Part shown: positions 20,559 through 29,175 of the stretch, in pieces
Layout: each line of letters starts with the position of its first letter
Numbering within the stretch: position 1 is the first letter of the stretch
Assembly: GCA_913054455.1 (NCBI GenBank)
Contig: CAJXIL010000002.1
Coordinates: 19,755 to 83,754, forward strand
Reading direction: 5' to 3'
DNA length: 64,000 bases
Source of the DNA: an uncultured Roseobacter sp.
GTDB lineage: Bacteria; Pseudomonadota; Alphaproteobacteria; Rhodobacterales; Rhodobacteraceae
Position numbers and translations under genes: made by a program
The notes under the pieces: model-generated
Databases searched by the model: none
What the model saw: the letters and a program-made list of their open reading frames with translations, nothing else
Told to the model about the DNA's origin: nothing

Positions 20559-20616
20559 GCCATCTGGCGGTCGGCTTCGCTGACCGCCAGATGTTATTAG
20601 TTTCAAGGCACCCCCA

Positions 20617-21519
20617 ATGATCGACACAAAATGGGCCTTTCAACGCTATGAGAGCCTGCGCGCGGCTTTGCCCGCTGCTGAGTTTCCGCCCACATCCCGC
20701 TCTGGGCAGGATCTGAGTGACACCGTGGCCGACTACGACGCTTATATTCTGGACGCATTTGGTGTTTTGAACAGAGGCGAAACCGCCATCAATGGCGCGG
20801 TGGAGCGAATGGCTGCGCTGCGCGCTCTGGGCAAGCGGCTGATTGTTCTCACCAATGCAGCCAGCTATACGCGCGCAGAAATCCTGGCAAAATACCACAG
20901 GCTGGGTTTTGACTTTGACGCTTCTGAGGTGGTCTCCAGTCGCGATGTGGCGTTCGCCAATCTTCCCACATTGCCCCCGTCAAAAGTCTGGGCCGCAGCT
21001 GCAGCGCAGGGCGATGACTTCAGCGATGCACCGGCCTATGCGCGGATTGCCCATTTGGCTGACGATCCTGGCCTACTGAACACCGCCGACGGAATTCTGC
21101 TGCTGTCCTCAGCCCGTTGGCGCGAGGCAGATACCGCTGCTGTGGTCCAGGCGTTGAAGGTTCGCCCAAGGCCGCTGGTGGTCGCCAACCCGGACCTGGT
21201 TGCCCCGCGCGAAGATGGCCTGTCGTTGGAGCCAGGCTTGGTGGCACATGACATCATCGCGAAAACGGGCCTTAAGGCTGAGTTCTATGGCAAACCATAC
21301 AGCAATGCCTTTGAGGTCGCTCTGAACCGGCTGGAAGGCATCCCCCGCCATCGCATTGCTATGGTGGGGGATACGCTGCACACAGATGTTTTGGGGGGAG
21401 CTGCAGCCGGTATCGGGACCATTTTGGTAACGGACCACGGTCTTTTTCGCGGCCACGAGATCGCGCCTTTCATACGCAGTTCTGGCATTTGCCCTGATTG
21501 GGTGGTTGCAACGACCTAA
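20617..21519 (+). CDS. HAD-superfamily class IIA hydrolase (phosphatase-like)
   Basis: Motif I 'ILDAFGVL', II 'LTNA', 'ANPDL', III 'GKP', IV 'MVGDTLHTDVLG'. Confidence 0.9.
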   Translation: MIDTKWAFQRYESLRAALPAAEFPPTSRSGQDLSDTVADYDAYILDAFGVLNRGETAINGAVERMAALRALGKRLIVLTNAASYTRAEILAKYHRLGFDFDASEVVSSRDVAFANLPTLPPSKVWAAAAAQGDDFSDAPAYARIAHLADDPGLLNTADGILLLSSARWREADTAAVVQALKVRPRPLVVANPDLVAPREDGLSLEPGLVAHDIIAKTGLKAEFYGKPYSNAFEVALNRLEGIPRHRIAMVGDTLHTDVLGGAAAGIGTILVTDHGLFRGHEIAPFIRSSGICPDWVVATT

Positions 21520-21579
21520 AGGCTGAGTTGTCTGACTGAGGGCGGTCGGCCCCTAACTCTGTAGGGTCTTGCGAAAATC

Positions 21580-21930
21580 GGTTCTGCGCCAAAGTTTCTC
21601 TTGGAGAGGGTTTTGTTAGACAAATTGATTGATGTTCGAGCTTCCCCTTATCCGAGACGGACTTAGGCCTTTGGTGCAGTCACAGTCCTGCCAAGAGCGG
21701 TGTAGCGGTTGAGGAATGGGCCATGTCGCGCCATTGGTTCGAGCACTATGGCACGCATGGGCGTCTCTAGCAGCAATCGCCTCGTGTCATTTGCGCGTGT
21801 CATACGCCCGGTCTGCGGTGACACTGCCGGTGCCCTGATCGGGTGGGATTTGTTTCAGGAGTTCGGTCAGCATGGGCGCATCGCCGATGTGGCACCCCAA
21901 GATCTCGACCGCGCGAACCTTCAGCGTCAA
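21580..21930. mobile_element. Degenerate IS6-family-like remnant
   Basis: GGTTCTGCGCCAAAGTT at 21580-21596 matches 14/17 of the IS257/IS431 end GGTTCTGTTGCAAAGTT. The downstream frame 'DLFQEFGQHGRIADVAP.DLDRANLQR' resembles spurious ORFs I recall beside Rhodobacteraceae IS6 elements. No transposase present. Confidence 0.4.
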
Positions 21931-22321
21931 ACAAGTCTGAATGGCATGCGTCGGGACCCAGCTGCTCTTCGCCGTCAGCTATCACGCTGGGTTCATAAAG
22001 TGCATCCCATCAGACCATTTGTGCAACAAAGCCTACAGGGTGGATAAAGTGCCGGATTATCGCTCTGACCGCCAATGCACAGAAAAGCGACATGAGGGCC
22101 TGAAGAGAGATTGGATTGAAAGGCCCGTTCCAAAGACTGCACAGCACGGGCCTGCGATGCGCCAAGGCCGACAGTCCCAAGAGCAACCGAGGCCCAGGCT
22201 GGCCATGCAGCTTAGCCACCAGTAAAATGGTTCAGTTAAAAGGTGCTAGTGTTGGACGCTGATGGGCCTCACCGTTCTGTTTCTTGTGTTGGGGTGAAGA
22301 GAATCTTTTGCCCCGTCACTT

Positions 22322-23734
22322 TCAACGCGCGCCATAGGCTGTGAGAGCCCTGTGACGACCCTCAGCCAGTCCGACAATTGGTGTCGGGTATGGGTCGTCC
22401 TTTGACAGCGCCCAGGCACGCGGGCAGGCGTCAAAAAACGCCAGAGCCTCTGGACCGGGGGATGGTGCGCGCTCGGCAAGGAATCTGCGGATATATCGCT
22501 GCTCGGCATCGAATTTTTTCGCCTGGGTTTCGGGGTTGAAAATTCGGAAATAGGGCGCGGCATCTGGTCCGCACCCGGCCACCCATTGCCAGCCCATCGC
22601 ATTTGCAGCGGGGTCCCAATCAATCAGGCAGTCTGCAAACCATTTTTGCCCAATGCGCCAATGCTTAAGCATATGTTTGGTAAGATATGATGCGACAATC
22701 ATGCGACTGCGATTGTGCATGTGACCCGTCACATAGAGTTCCCGCATGGCGGCATCGACAAGGGGAACACCCGTCCGCCCTTGTTTCCATCGTAAAACAG
22801 CTTCGTCCTCCTGCTCTGACCAGGGAAAGTCATCCCACTGAGCCCTCCAGTTCTCTTGTATGATCATGGGAGTATGAAAAGCCAGATGATAGGCAAATTC
22901 GCGCCATACCAGCTCCTTCAAAAAATGCTCGGCCCCGCGCTTCCCCTCCAAATGGGCACGCAGACCCGCATGCCAGACCGTACAGGGCCCGATTTCACCC
23001 CAAGCTAGGTTTTCGGATAGGCCGGAGGTCGCGTTTTGTGCCGGGTAATCCCGGCGCTCCTTGTAGTTTTCTATGGCCTCGTCCAGAAAACGGACAAGAC
23101 GCGCACTGGCCGCCACCTCGCCAATGCGTGCGTGAGCAGTCAAGATCCTTGACCCGCGGTGCATGTCCTTGTCCAGCTGCCAGTCCTGAAGTCGTTCAGA
23201 GATCGGCCATGTTTCAGGTGCCAGCATATGCTTTGGGGCAGGGGCAGGCGGCGCGACATCCAGGTCTTTTACGGCGCGCCACATCGGGCTGTATACCTTG
23301 AAGAAACCACCTTGTTTGGTCTTGACCGCCCAGGGTTCAAACAGAAGATGGCCAGACCAGCTTTTGGCTTTGAAGCCTGCGTCTGTCAGTGTTGATTTGA
23401 CCTTGGTGTCTCTGGCAATTGCGTCCGGGTCATAGGCACGAGTCCACCATATGTCTTCGGCTCCGGTTTCTTGCGCCAGGGCCAGCAGCTCCTGTGCGGC
23501 GGCTCCGCGACGCAGGATCAGGCGAGATCCGACCTGTTTGAGGCGATCTGCAAAGTGTTCAATCGCTTTGGATAGGCGCCATTTGGGAGCTGCCCCGTAG
23601 GTTTGTACAACCTCATCAAGCAAGACGACTGGAATAATAGGACGTTCGCTATTGCTTGCCGCAAAAAGCGCCTGATGATCAGCAAGCCTGAAATCTTTGC
23701 GGAACCAGATAATGATGGGTTTTGGGCGGGTCAT
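22322..23734 (-). CDS. phrB: Deoxyribodipyrimidine photolyase (class I/III CPD)
   Basis: 'WFRKDFRLADHQAL', 'TSGLS..LAWGEI', 'ELVWREF', 'GHMHNRSRMIVASYL', 'WQWVAGCG.DAAPYFRIFNP'. Confidence 0.95.
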   Translation of the reverse strand: MTRPKPIIIWFRKDFRLADHQALFAASNSERPIIPVVLLDEVVQTYGAAPKWRLSKAIEHFADRLKQVGSRLILRRGAAAQELLALAQETGAEDIWWTRAYDPDAIARDTKVKSTLTDAGFKAKSWSGHLLFEPWAVKTKQGGFFKVYSPMWRAVKDLDVAPPAPAPKHMLAPETWPISERLQDWQLDKDMHRGSRILTAHARIGEVAASARLVRFLDEAIENYKERRDYPAQNATSGLSENLAWGEIGPCTVWHAGLRAHLEGKRGAEHFLKELVWREFAYHLAFHTPMIIQENWRAQWDDFPWSEQEDEAVLRWKQGRTGVPLVDAAMRELYVTGHMHNRSRMIVASYLTKHMLKHWRIGQKWFADCLIDWDPAANAMGWQWVAGCGPDAAPYFRIFNPETQAKKFDAEQRYIRRFLAERAPSPGPEALAFFDACPRAWALSKDDPYPTPIVGLAEGRHRALTAYGAR

Positions 23735-23766
23735 CTCTACACAGCTACTGTTTCTCTTTTACTCAA

Positions 23767-23792
23767 TACGTAGTCCAAGACAGAATGGTTCA
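23767..23792 (-). promoter_or_regulatory. RpoE-type promoter for photolyase
   Basis: Minus strand TGAACC-N16-CGTA (one mismatch), 33 nt upstream of the photolyase start. Confidence 0.65.
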
Positions 23793-23815
23793 CTCGTTCG
23801 TCTGGTTTTTGTCAG

Positions 23816-23841
23816 TGATCTGATTTCAGGACTGAGCCGTA
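23816..23841 (+). promoter_or_regulatory. Divergent RpoE-type promoter
   Basis: Plus strand TGATCT-N16-CGTA pointing at a 32-aa ORF and the SDR gene. Confidence 0.7.
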
Positions 23842-24011
23842 ATGAAAGAATAATGGAACATAACGGGCTTGATCATGCAGAAGGTCCGGTTGAGTTGGGG
23901 GCGTACAGTGAAAAAGAACGAGATACCATCTGGGCGCTTGCCTCTGTTTAACAGCCGGTCCACACGGAACAAAATTGCTCTGTGTCGCCCGCTGTCAAAG
24001 GTAACGGCAGT

Positions 24012-24677
24012 ATGAGTGGCCGTGCACTTGTCATTGGGGCGTCCGGTGGGATCGGGGCGGCACTTTGTACGGCTCTTGAAACAGGGGGAGCTGAGGTGAC
24101 GCGATTGTCGCGGGCCACTGATGGGCTGGATTTAACCGACCCAGCGCTTGTTGAGCAGGCTATGCAGGGGCTCTGTGGTGCCTTTGATACAGTATTGATA
24201 GCCAGTGGTATCTTGGCGCCCAAAGATGCGGGGCCAGAAAAGTCACTTGCGCAGATAAATGCAGACAATATGGCCCAGGTCATGGCTGTGAATGCCATTG
24301 GCCCTGCATTGGTTCTGCAGAATTTGCCACGGCTTTTGCCAAAAGACGGGCGCTGCGTTGTTGGGGTTCTCACGGCCCGGGTCGGGTCAATCGGTGATAA
24401 CCGCCTTGGCGGATGGTACAGCTACCGCGCGGCGAAAGCTGCGGCCAACCAGATCGTGCGCACGGCCGCTATCGAGATCGCGAGAAAGCGCAAAAAGGCC
24501 ATTGTTGTCTCGTTGCACCCCGGTACGGTGGAGACCGCATTTACGGGTGCCTACCCTGGCCACCAAAAGGTTGCGCCAAGCGCAGCGGCTGCAAACCTAT
24601 TGAAGGTTATTGATCAGCTGTCTCCGTCCCAGACTGGAGGTTTTTTCGACTGGGCGGGCAGACCTGTCCCATGGTAA
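24012..24677 (+). CDS. C-factor (CsgA)-like short-chain dehydrogenase
   Basis: GASGGIG, 'GPEKSL', 'TARVGSIGDNRLGGWYSYRAAKAA', 'LHPGTV', 'GGFFDWAG..VPW'. Confidence 0.92.
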   Translation: MSGRALVIGASGGIGAALCTALETGGAEVTRLSRATDGLDLTDPALVEQAMQGLCGAFDTVLIASGILAPKDAGPEKSLAQINADNMAQVMAVNAIGPALVLQNLPRLLPKDGRCVVGVLTARVGSIGDNRLGGWYSYRAAKAAANQIVRTAAIEIARKRKKAIVVSLHPGTVETAFTGAYPGHQKVAPSAAAANLLKVIDQLSPSQTGGFFDWAGRPVPW

Positions 24678-24941
24678 ATTTGCGCTCTCGCTTGGGGTTT
24701 GGGTTTTGCCCTCAGATTGAACCCGCAGGGATTGGTTCAAAGCAGATGGCAGTACAGGAGCGAGCAATGGGTGGAACAAACGCCGCCCGATGATAGGTGC
24801 TGACGATCCCAAAACTGCTGCCGATGCAAAGGGCCAGACCGCTCTGGTAAGAGCAGATCTGGCCACAGAGAAGGCATATCAGCCACTAATAAGATCTGTA
24901 GGGGTCAAACCCCATGATCTCATAGTTGGGATCGAGCGCTC

Positions 24942-25823
24942 TTAGGTATCCGAGTCCAGCGCACGCAGTCGCTTGAGCAGGCTCGAGGTATCCCATCGAC
25001 TGCCGCCAAGTTTTTGTACATCCTTGTAGAACTGATCGACGAGGGCCGTCACCGGCAGGCTTGCCTCGTTCTCATCGGCTGTTGCCAGGCAGATACCCAG
25101 ATCCTTGCGCATCCAGTCAACCGCAAACCCATGCTCAAAATGGTCGTCCAACATGGTTTCGTATCGGTTTACCATCTGCCAGCTGCCCGCAGCGCCACCG
25201 CCAATGACGTCGATAACTGCACGCCCATCAAGTCCGGCTTTTTCGGCGAAATGCAGCCCTTCGGACAGACCCTGCACCAGTCCTGCAATACAGATCTGGT
25301 TGACCATTTTGGTCAACTGTCCAGCGCCGCTGTCTCCCAAGCGGGTACATTTCTTAGCAAAGGAACTGATCAAGGCTTCGGCCTTGTCAAAGGCGGATTG
25401 GTCGCCGCCACACATCACAACCAGTTGCCCGTTCTCAGCACCCGCCTGGCCACCCGACACAGGCGCGTCGACAAAACTCACGCCCGCCTGTTGGGCCAGG
25501 GCATAAAGCTCTCGCGTGACTTTTGCCGAGACGGTTGTGTGGTCAACAAAAACCGCGCCTGAGCTCATGCCTGCCAAGGCACCATCGTCACCTAGGCAGA
25601 CATTGCGCAGGTCATCATCGTTACCGACACAGGCAAAAACAAACTCGGCGCCCTCTGCGGCTTCGCGCGGTGTGGCGGCAAATCCGCCGCCGTATTCCTT
25701 GGCCCATTTTTCGGCCTTTGCCGTGGTCCGGTTATAGACTGTGACCTCATGCCCTGCCTTTTGCAGATACCCAGCCATGGGATATCCCATTACTCCCAGG
25801 CCCAGAAAAGCTGCCTTTACCAT
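24942..25823 (-). CDS. NAD(P)-dependent beta-hydroxyacid dehydrogenase (3-hydroxyisobutyrate/tartronate semialdehyde reductase family)
   Basis: 'FLGLGVMGYPMA', 'DAPVSGGQAGA', 'GAGQLTKMVNQ', 'MRKDL'. Confidence 0.93.
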   Translation of the reverse strand: MVKAAFLGLGVMGYPMAGYLQKAGHEVTVYNRTTAKAEKWAKEYGGGFAATPREAAEGAEFVFACVGNDDDLRNVCLGDDGALAGMSSGAVFVDHTTVSAKVTRELYALAQQAGVSFVDAPVSGGQAGAENGQLVVMCGGDQSAFDKAEALISSFAKKCTRLGDSGAGQLTKMVNQICIAGLVQGLSEGLHFAEKAGLDGRAVIDVIGGGAAGSWQMVNRYETMLDDHFEHGFAVDWMRKDLGICLATADENEASLPVTALVDQFYKDVQKLGGSRWDTSSLLKRLRALDSDT

Positions 25824-26190
25824 TTTGAGTTCCCTCGATCTTTATTTTTCTCTTGTGTTGTACGCCCTGCAAAGAAGGCGTCCAAGTTTTTCAATGTGCG
25901 CGCCCCAGGCCTCATGCGAATTCGCGGGGGGCTGTTGATATGTGGCAGCTTAAAGAGGGTTTCATCACGCGCCAATGGCGGATTTTTCCTCCTCTGGGGA
26001 GGCCAACAAGACCCTTCAACACTGTTTCGAACAATTTCCCTAATCTGATGCGCCGTGCGCTGAGATCACGACTACTGCACATTCCTGCATGAGCGCAAAC
26101 CCTTCGCTTTACAGGAGGCGTGCACCAAAAGTTAACTACGATGCTGCTATCCAAAGCTGTGTGGTAAAACTGCAAATCAATGGAAGATAT

Positions 26191-26316
26191 ATGAGGGTCG
26201 TTATACTTGCCGGAGGATTTGGGGTTCGGATCACCGAATATTCCTATTTTGGGTCTCACCCGATGATCGGAAACCGCGCTATAGGCCTATCCCAGCCACC
26301 TAGACAGCAAAGATAG
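26191..26316 (+). pseudogene. N-terminal fragment of a sugar-1-phosphate nucleotidyltransferase (RfbF-like)
   Basis: MRVVILAGGFGVRITE...HPMIG resembles the 'ILAGGxGTR..E...KPM.EIG' signature; the frame stops after 41 aa. Confidence 0.65.
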
Positions 26317-26322
26317 TTAAAC

Positions 26323-27537
26323 ATGTCAGATATCAAACTAAGCATCTGTATCCCGACCTTTGAACGTGCCCGCTATCTTACAACGCTGTTGCAAGCGCTT
26401 GAACAGAATGTGGCCGAGTTTCCCTTTGCTTGCGAAATCATCGTGTCTGATAATGCATCGAGCGACGAAACTCAGTCGGTGGTCACCGAAGCTGAGAGCC
26501 GATTGCCACTGAGATATATCCGGCAGTCCGAAAACGTAGGCGCACTTCGCAATATTCAGGCCGTCATGCGTGCAGCAAAGGGAACCTATGCTGTTTACTT
26601 GGCGGATGATGATCGCCTCCATTCCGCAGGGGTCATTTCGGCGCTTGCACTTCTTGACGCAAACCCAAAGGCTTCGGCGCTTTATGCCCCTTGGAAGGTT
26701 CACGACCTGGTTTTGGACGTCGAGAATGCGCCTTTGTATACGCAGCCCAAGAACGTGGTCATTCCGCGTGGAAACTATGCGAAACTTCTGACCCATGTGC
26801 TGGATCACAAGGTCTTCTCTGAGATTTCTATCGTGCGCTCCGAGGTCGTGAAGCGGCTCAATCCGCAGGCAAATGACCTTGCCTTCTGGGCCTTTACAGT
26901 GCCCTGCGAATATTTGGGGGCCGGGGATCTCATTTATGCCTCTGATCCTTTCTATGTTTCTGTCTCGCGTCACTTTGAAGGTGATAACCGGGCGCAGCTT
27001 GGTCACCTAGAAGTTCAGAGTGCCTGGGACAAGTATCGTGGCGGGCTAGAGTATATGTTTGGGCTGGCGCGAGAACATGGTGGATTGAAAGATATCGTCG
27101 CGACCGAGAAGGGGATCCTTCGCATCGTGATGGAACGGATGTTGGTCGCCCTGCGTCTGCGGGTGAAACGGGGGGGCGATCCGGTCGAAACCTATGCGCT
27201 GGCAGCCCGTTTGCGAGGGCTGGGACTGGTCAAGGCGCTGCCCATTCCAATGGAACAAATCCGGCTCGCAGCAGCGATCAAATACATCTGTGTAACCCTG
27301 CCCACAATGCTGGACGCACAGGGTGTCGCGATCATCGGGGACTGTCCTGAGGCGACATTTGACGCGCTGGGCTCGATTGCGCGCGTTCCAGTGCGCAGGG
27401 TCTCGTGCCTTGAGGACATTGCTCACACGGACGTTGTTTTTAATCTTGGCAGCAGTGATGACCCACTTCACACAGCCGCAGAGAACCAGGCGCTGGCCAT
27501 CCTGTCCGAAGCTGAATTGATGCAAAAATTCAGCTGA
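26323..27537 (+). CDS. Glycosyltransferase family 2 with C-terminal extension
   Basis: 'LSICIPTFER', 'IVSDNASSDET', 'NVGA..N', DxD-type motif 'YLADDD'. Confidence 0.9.
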   Translation: MSDIKLSICIPTFERARYLTTLLQALEQNVAEFPFACEIIVSDNASSDETQSVVTEAESRLPLRYIRQSENVGALRNIQAVMRAAKGTYAVYLADDDRLHSAGVISALALLDANPKASALYAPWKVHDLVLDVENAPLYTQPKNVVIPRGNYAKLLTHVLDHKVFSEISIVRSEVVKRLNPQANDLAFWAFTVPCEYLGAGDLIYASDPFYVSVSRHFEGDNRAQLGHLEVQSAWDKYRGGLEYMFGLAREHGGLKDIVATEKGILRIVMERMLVALRLRVKRGGDPVETYALAARLRGLGLVKALPIPMEQIRLAAAIKYICVTLPTMLDAQGVAIIGDCPEATFDALGSIARVPVRRVSCLEDIAHTDVVFNLGSSDDPLHTAAENQALAILSEAELMQKFS

Positions 27538-27558
27538 GGCCGCTTGGGATGGCGATAG

Positions 27559-27918
27559 GTAACAACACGGATACTCTTGACCGATGCTAAAGGGTTTGTT
27601 AGCCGCGCGGTGTGCGCCGCGCTGGTAGCCGCATATCCGATGGTCGCATATCCGATGGTTCGCCAAGTCGCCGATATCGCAGCTATTGCCAACGCTTTGG
27701 CCAAAGGGATCGAGACTGCCTGCGCAAGTCGCGCCCCGTTTAGTTTCGGCGCGAGACCCGAAAACCCTGATGATCCACCTGTCTTGATCGAGCTACGAGA
27801 CACAGAATGGGCCGCATGCGTAAGCCCGATATCAATTCCACTACTGCGCCTACAGTTGAACTATCTGTTTGTTGACCTGAAAATGAATGCACCTAGCCAA
27901 CGAAAGACAATGCGATGA
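27559..27918 (+). pseudogene. Internally deleted NAD-dependent epimerase/dehydratase remnant
   Basis: 'TRILLTDAKGFVSRAVCAAL' is a decayed TGxxGxxG motif, joined via a 15-bp tandem duplication to an epimerase-like C-terminal 'FGARPENPDDPPVLI'. Confidence 0.5.
27630..27659. repeat. Exact 15-bp tandem duplication
   Basis: CGCATATCCGATGGT at 27630-27644 and 27645-27659. Confidence 0.9.
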
Positions 27919-28685
27919 CCAAATTCAAATCTGATATTCAGGACCGGACCCAGGCAATGGGTGCTGATACCAAGTTGCAGACCTCAGCTTTGGCGTTTCT
28001 GCAGTCCTCCGCTGTTGCTGAATACTCTTATAACTTCCATTGGATGGGGCGGCCCATCATTCAGTATCCGCAGGATATTGTCGCCATGCAGGAGCTGATC
28101 TGGGAAGTGAAGCCAGATTTGATCATTGAAACAGGCATTGCCCATGGGGGCTCTTTGATCTTTTCGGCCTCGTTGCTGGCAATGCTGGACATGACCGAGG
28201 CCATGGAAGCAGGGCAGACTTTTGATCCGTCCCGCTCTGCGCGCAAAGTTCTGGGTATCGATATTGATATTCGCGAGCACAATCTTGCTGCTATTGATGC
28301 GCACCCGATGCGCTCGCGTATCGAGATGATCCAAGGCTCTTCCATTGACAGTGATGTGATTGCCCAGGTGAGGAGCTTTGCTGCTGACTACAAAAAGATC
28401 CTGATCTGTCTGGACAGCAACCACACCCATGATCACGTTCTTGAAGAGCTGAAGGCATATGCCGATCTCACGTCAGTTGGCAGCTATTGTGTTGTTTTTG
28501 ATACCTTGATCGAGGATATGGAAGAAGACGCATATCCCGATCGGCCTTGGGGTAAGGGTGACAATCCACAAACCGCCGTGCGGGCCTTTCTTCAAGACGA
28601 GCCACGTTTTGAAATTGACGCCTCGGTGCACGAGCGACTGCTCATTACGGTGGCAAAAAATGGTTACCTGCGGCGGGTGAGCTGA
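27915..28685 (+). CDS. Cephalosporin hydroxylase (CmcI) family / sugar O-methyltransferase
   Basis: 'YSYNFHWMGRPIIQYPQD', 'KPDLIIETGIAHGGS', 'LDSNHTHDHVL.EL', 'RPWGKGDNP'. Confidence 0.92.
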   Translation: MTKFKSDIQDRTQAMGADTKLQTSALAFLQSSAVAEYSYNFHWMGRPIIQYPQDIVAMQELIWEVKPDLIIETGIAHGGSLIFSASLLAMLDMTEAMEAGQTFDPSRSARKVLGIDIDIREHNLAAIDAHPMRSRIEMIQGSSIDSDVIAQVRSFAADYKKILICLDSNHTHDHVLEELKAYADLTSVGSYCVVFDTLIEDMEEDAYPDRPWGKGDNPQTAVRAFLQDEPRFEIDASVHERLLITVAKNGYLRRVS

Positions 28686-29175
28686 AAACTCGAATTAGAG
28701 CAATCGTCCAGACATATCCGATGTGGCGATAGACCAGCGCTAGTTTGGATCAAGCCATGCGCAGCAATAGCTGCGTGTGGCTACGCTAAGCCCCACCAGC
28801 TTCGACCGCATTTTGACCCTGCCAACAACTTCGAACACCCCTCGTCTCAATCCGGGTGTCATTCAATATGTGGGCCCGTTGGAGCTGCGGCCAACGAACA
28901 GATCTGATGTTAGAAACCGCAAACCTTACGAGGGCCCGCCCGCATAGTACGCTAGCTATGGAACTAGCCTGGCGCATTGGCCTGGTCGAAGTCGGATATT
29001 GTAGGCAGGTTTCCCGAGTTGGCCAATACCAAGATGTCATTATAAACCTTGGATCCCCGTGATCAGCATTTCTTGGTTTGCAATCTGCGCAAATGGGGGG
29101 GGGCGGCGCCTGCGAAAGGTTGATGCAGGGCGCTGAGATTGGCCCGGTTTTGAGTAATAAAACTGGCTGGGATGA

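Noticed and set aside
22010-22219. 69-aa minus-strand ORF downstream of the photolyase
   Set aside because: No RBS or recognisable motif in any minus-strand frame I read; lies in decayed sequence
23952-24011. DUF2256 remnant (KLLCVARCQR*) before the SDR
   Set aside because: Only a few matching residues; could be chance
28690-29170. Short ORFs between cmcI and the kinase
   Set aside because: No convincing homology; a faint RTX-tail-like phrase (ILVLANSGNLPTISDFDQ) is too weak to call
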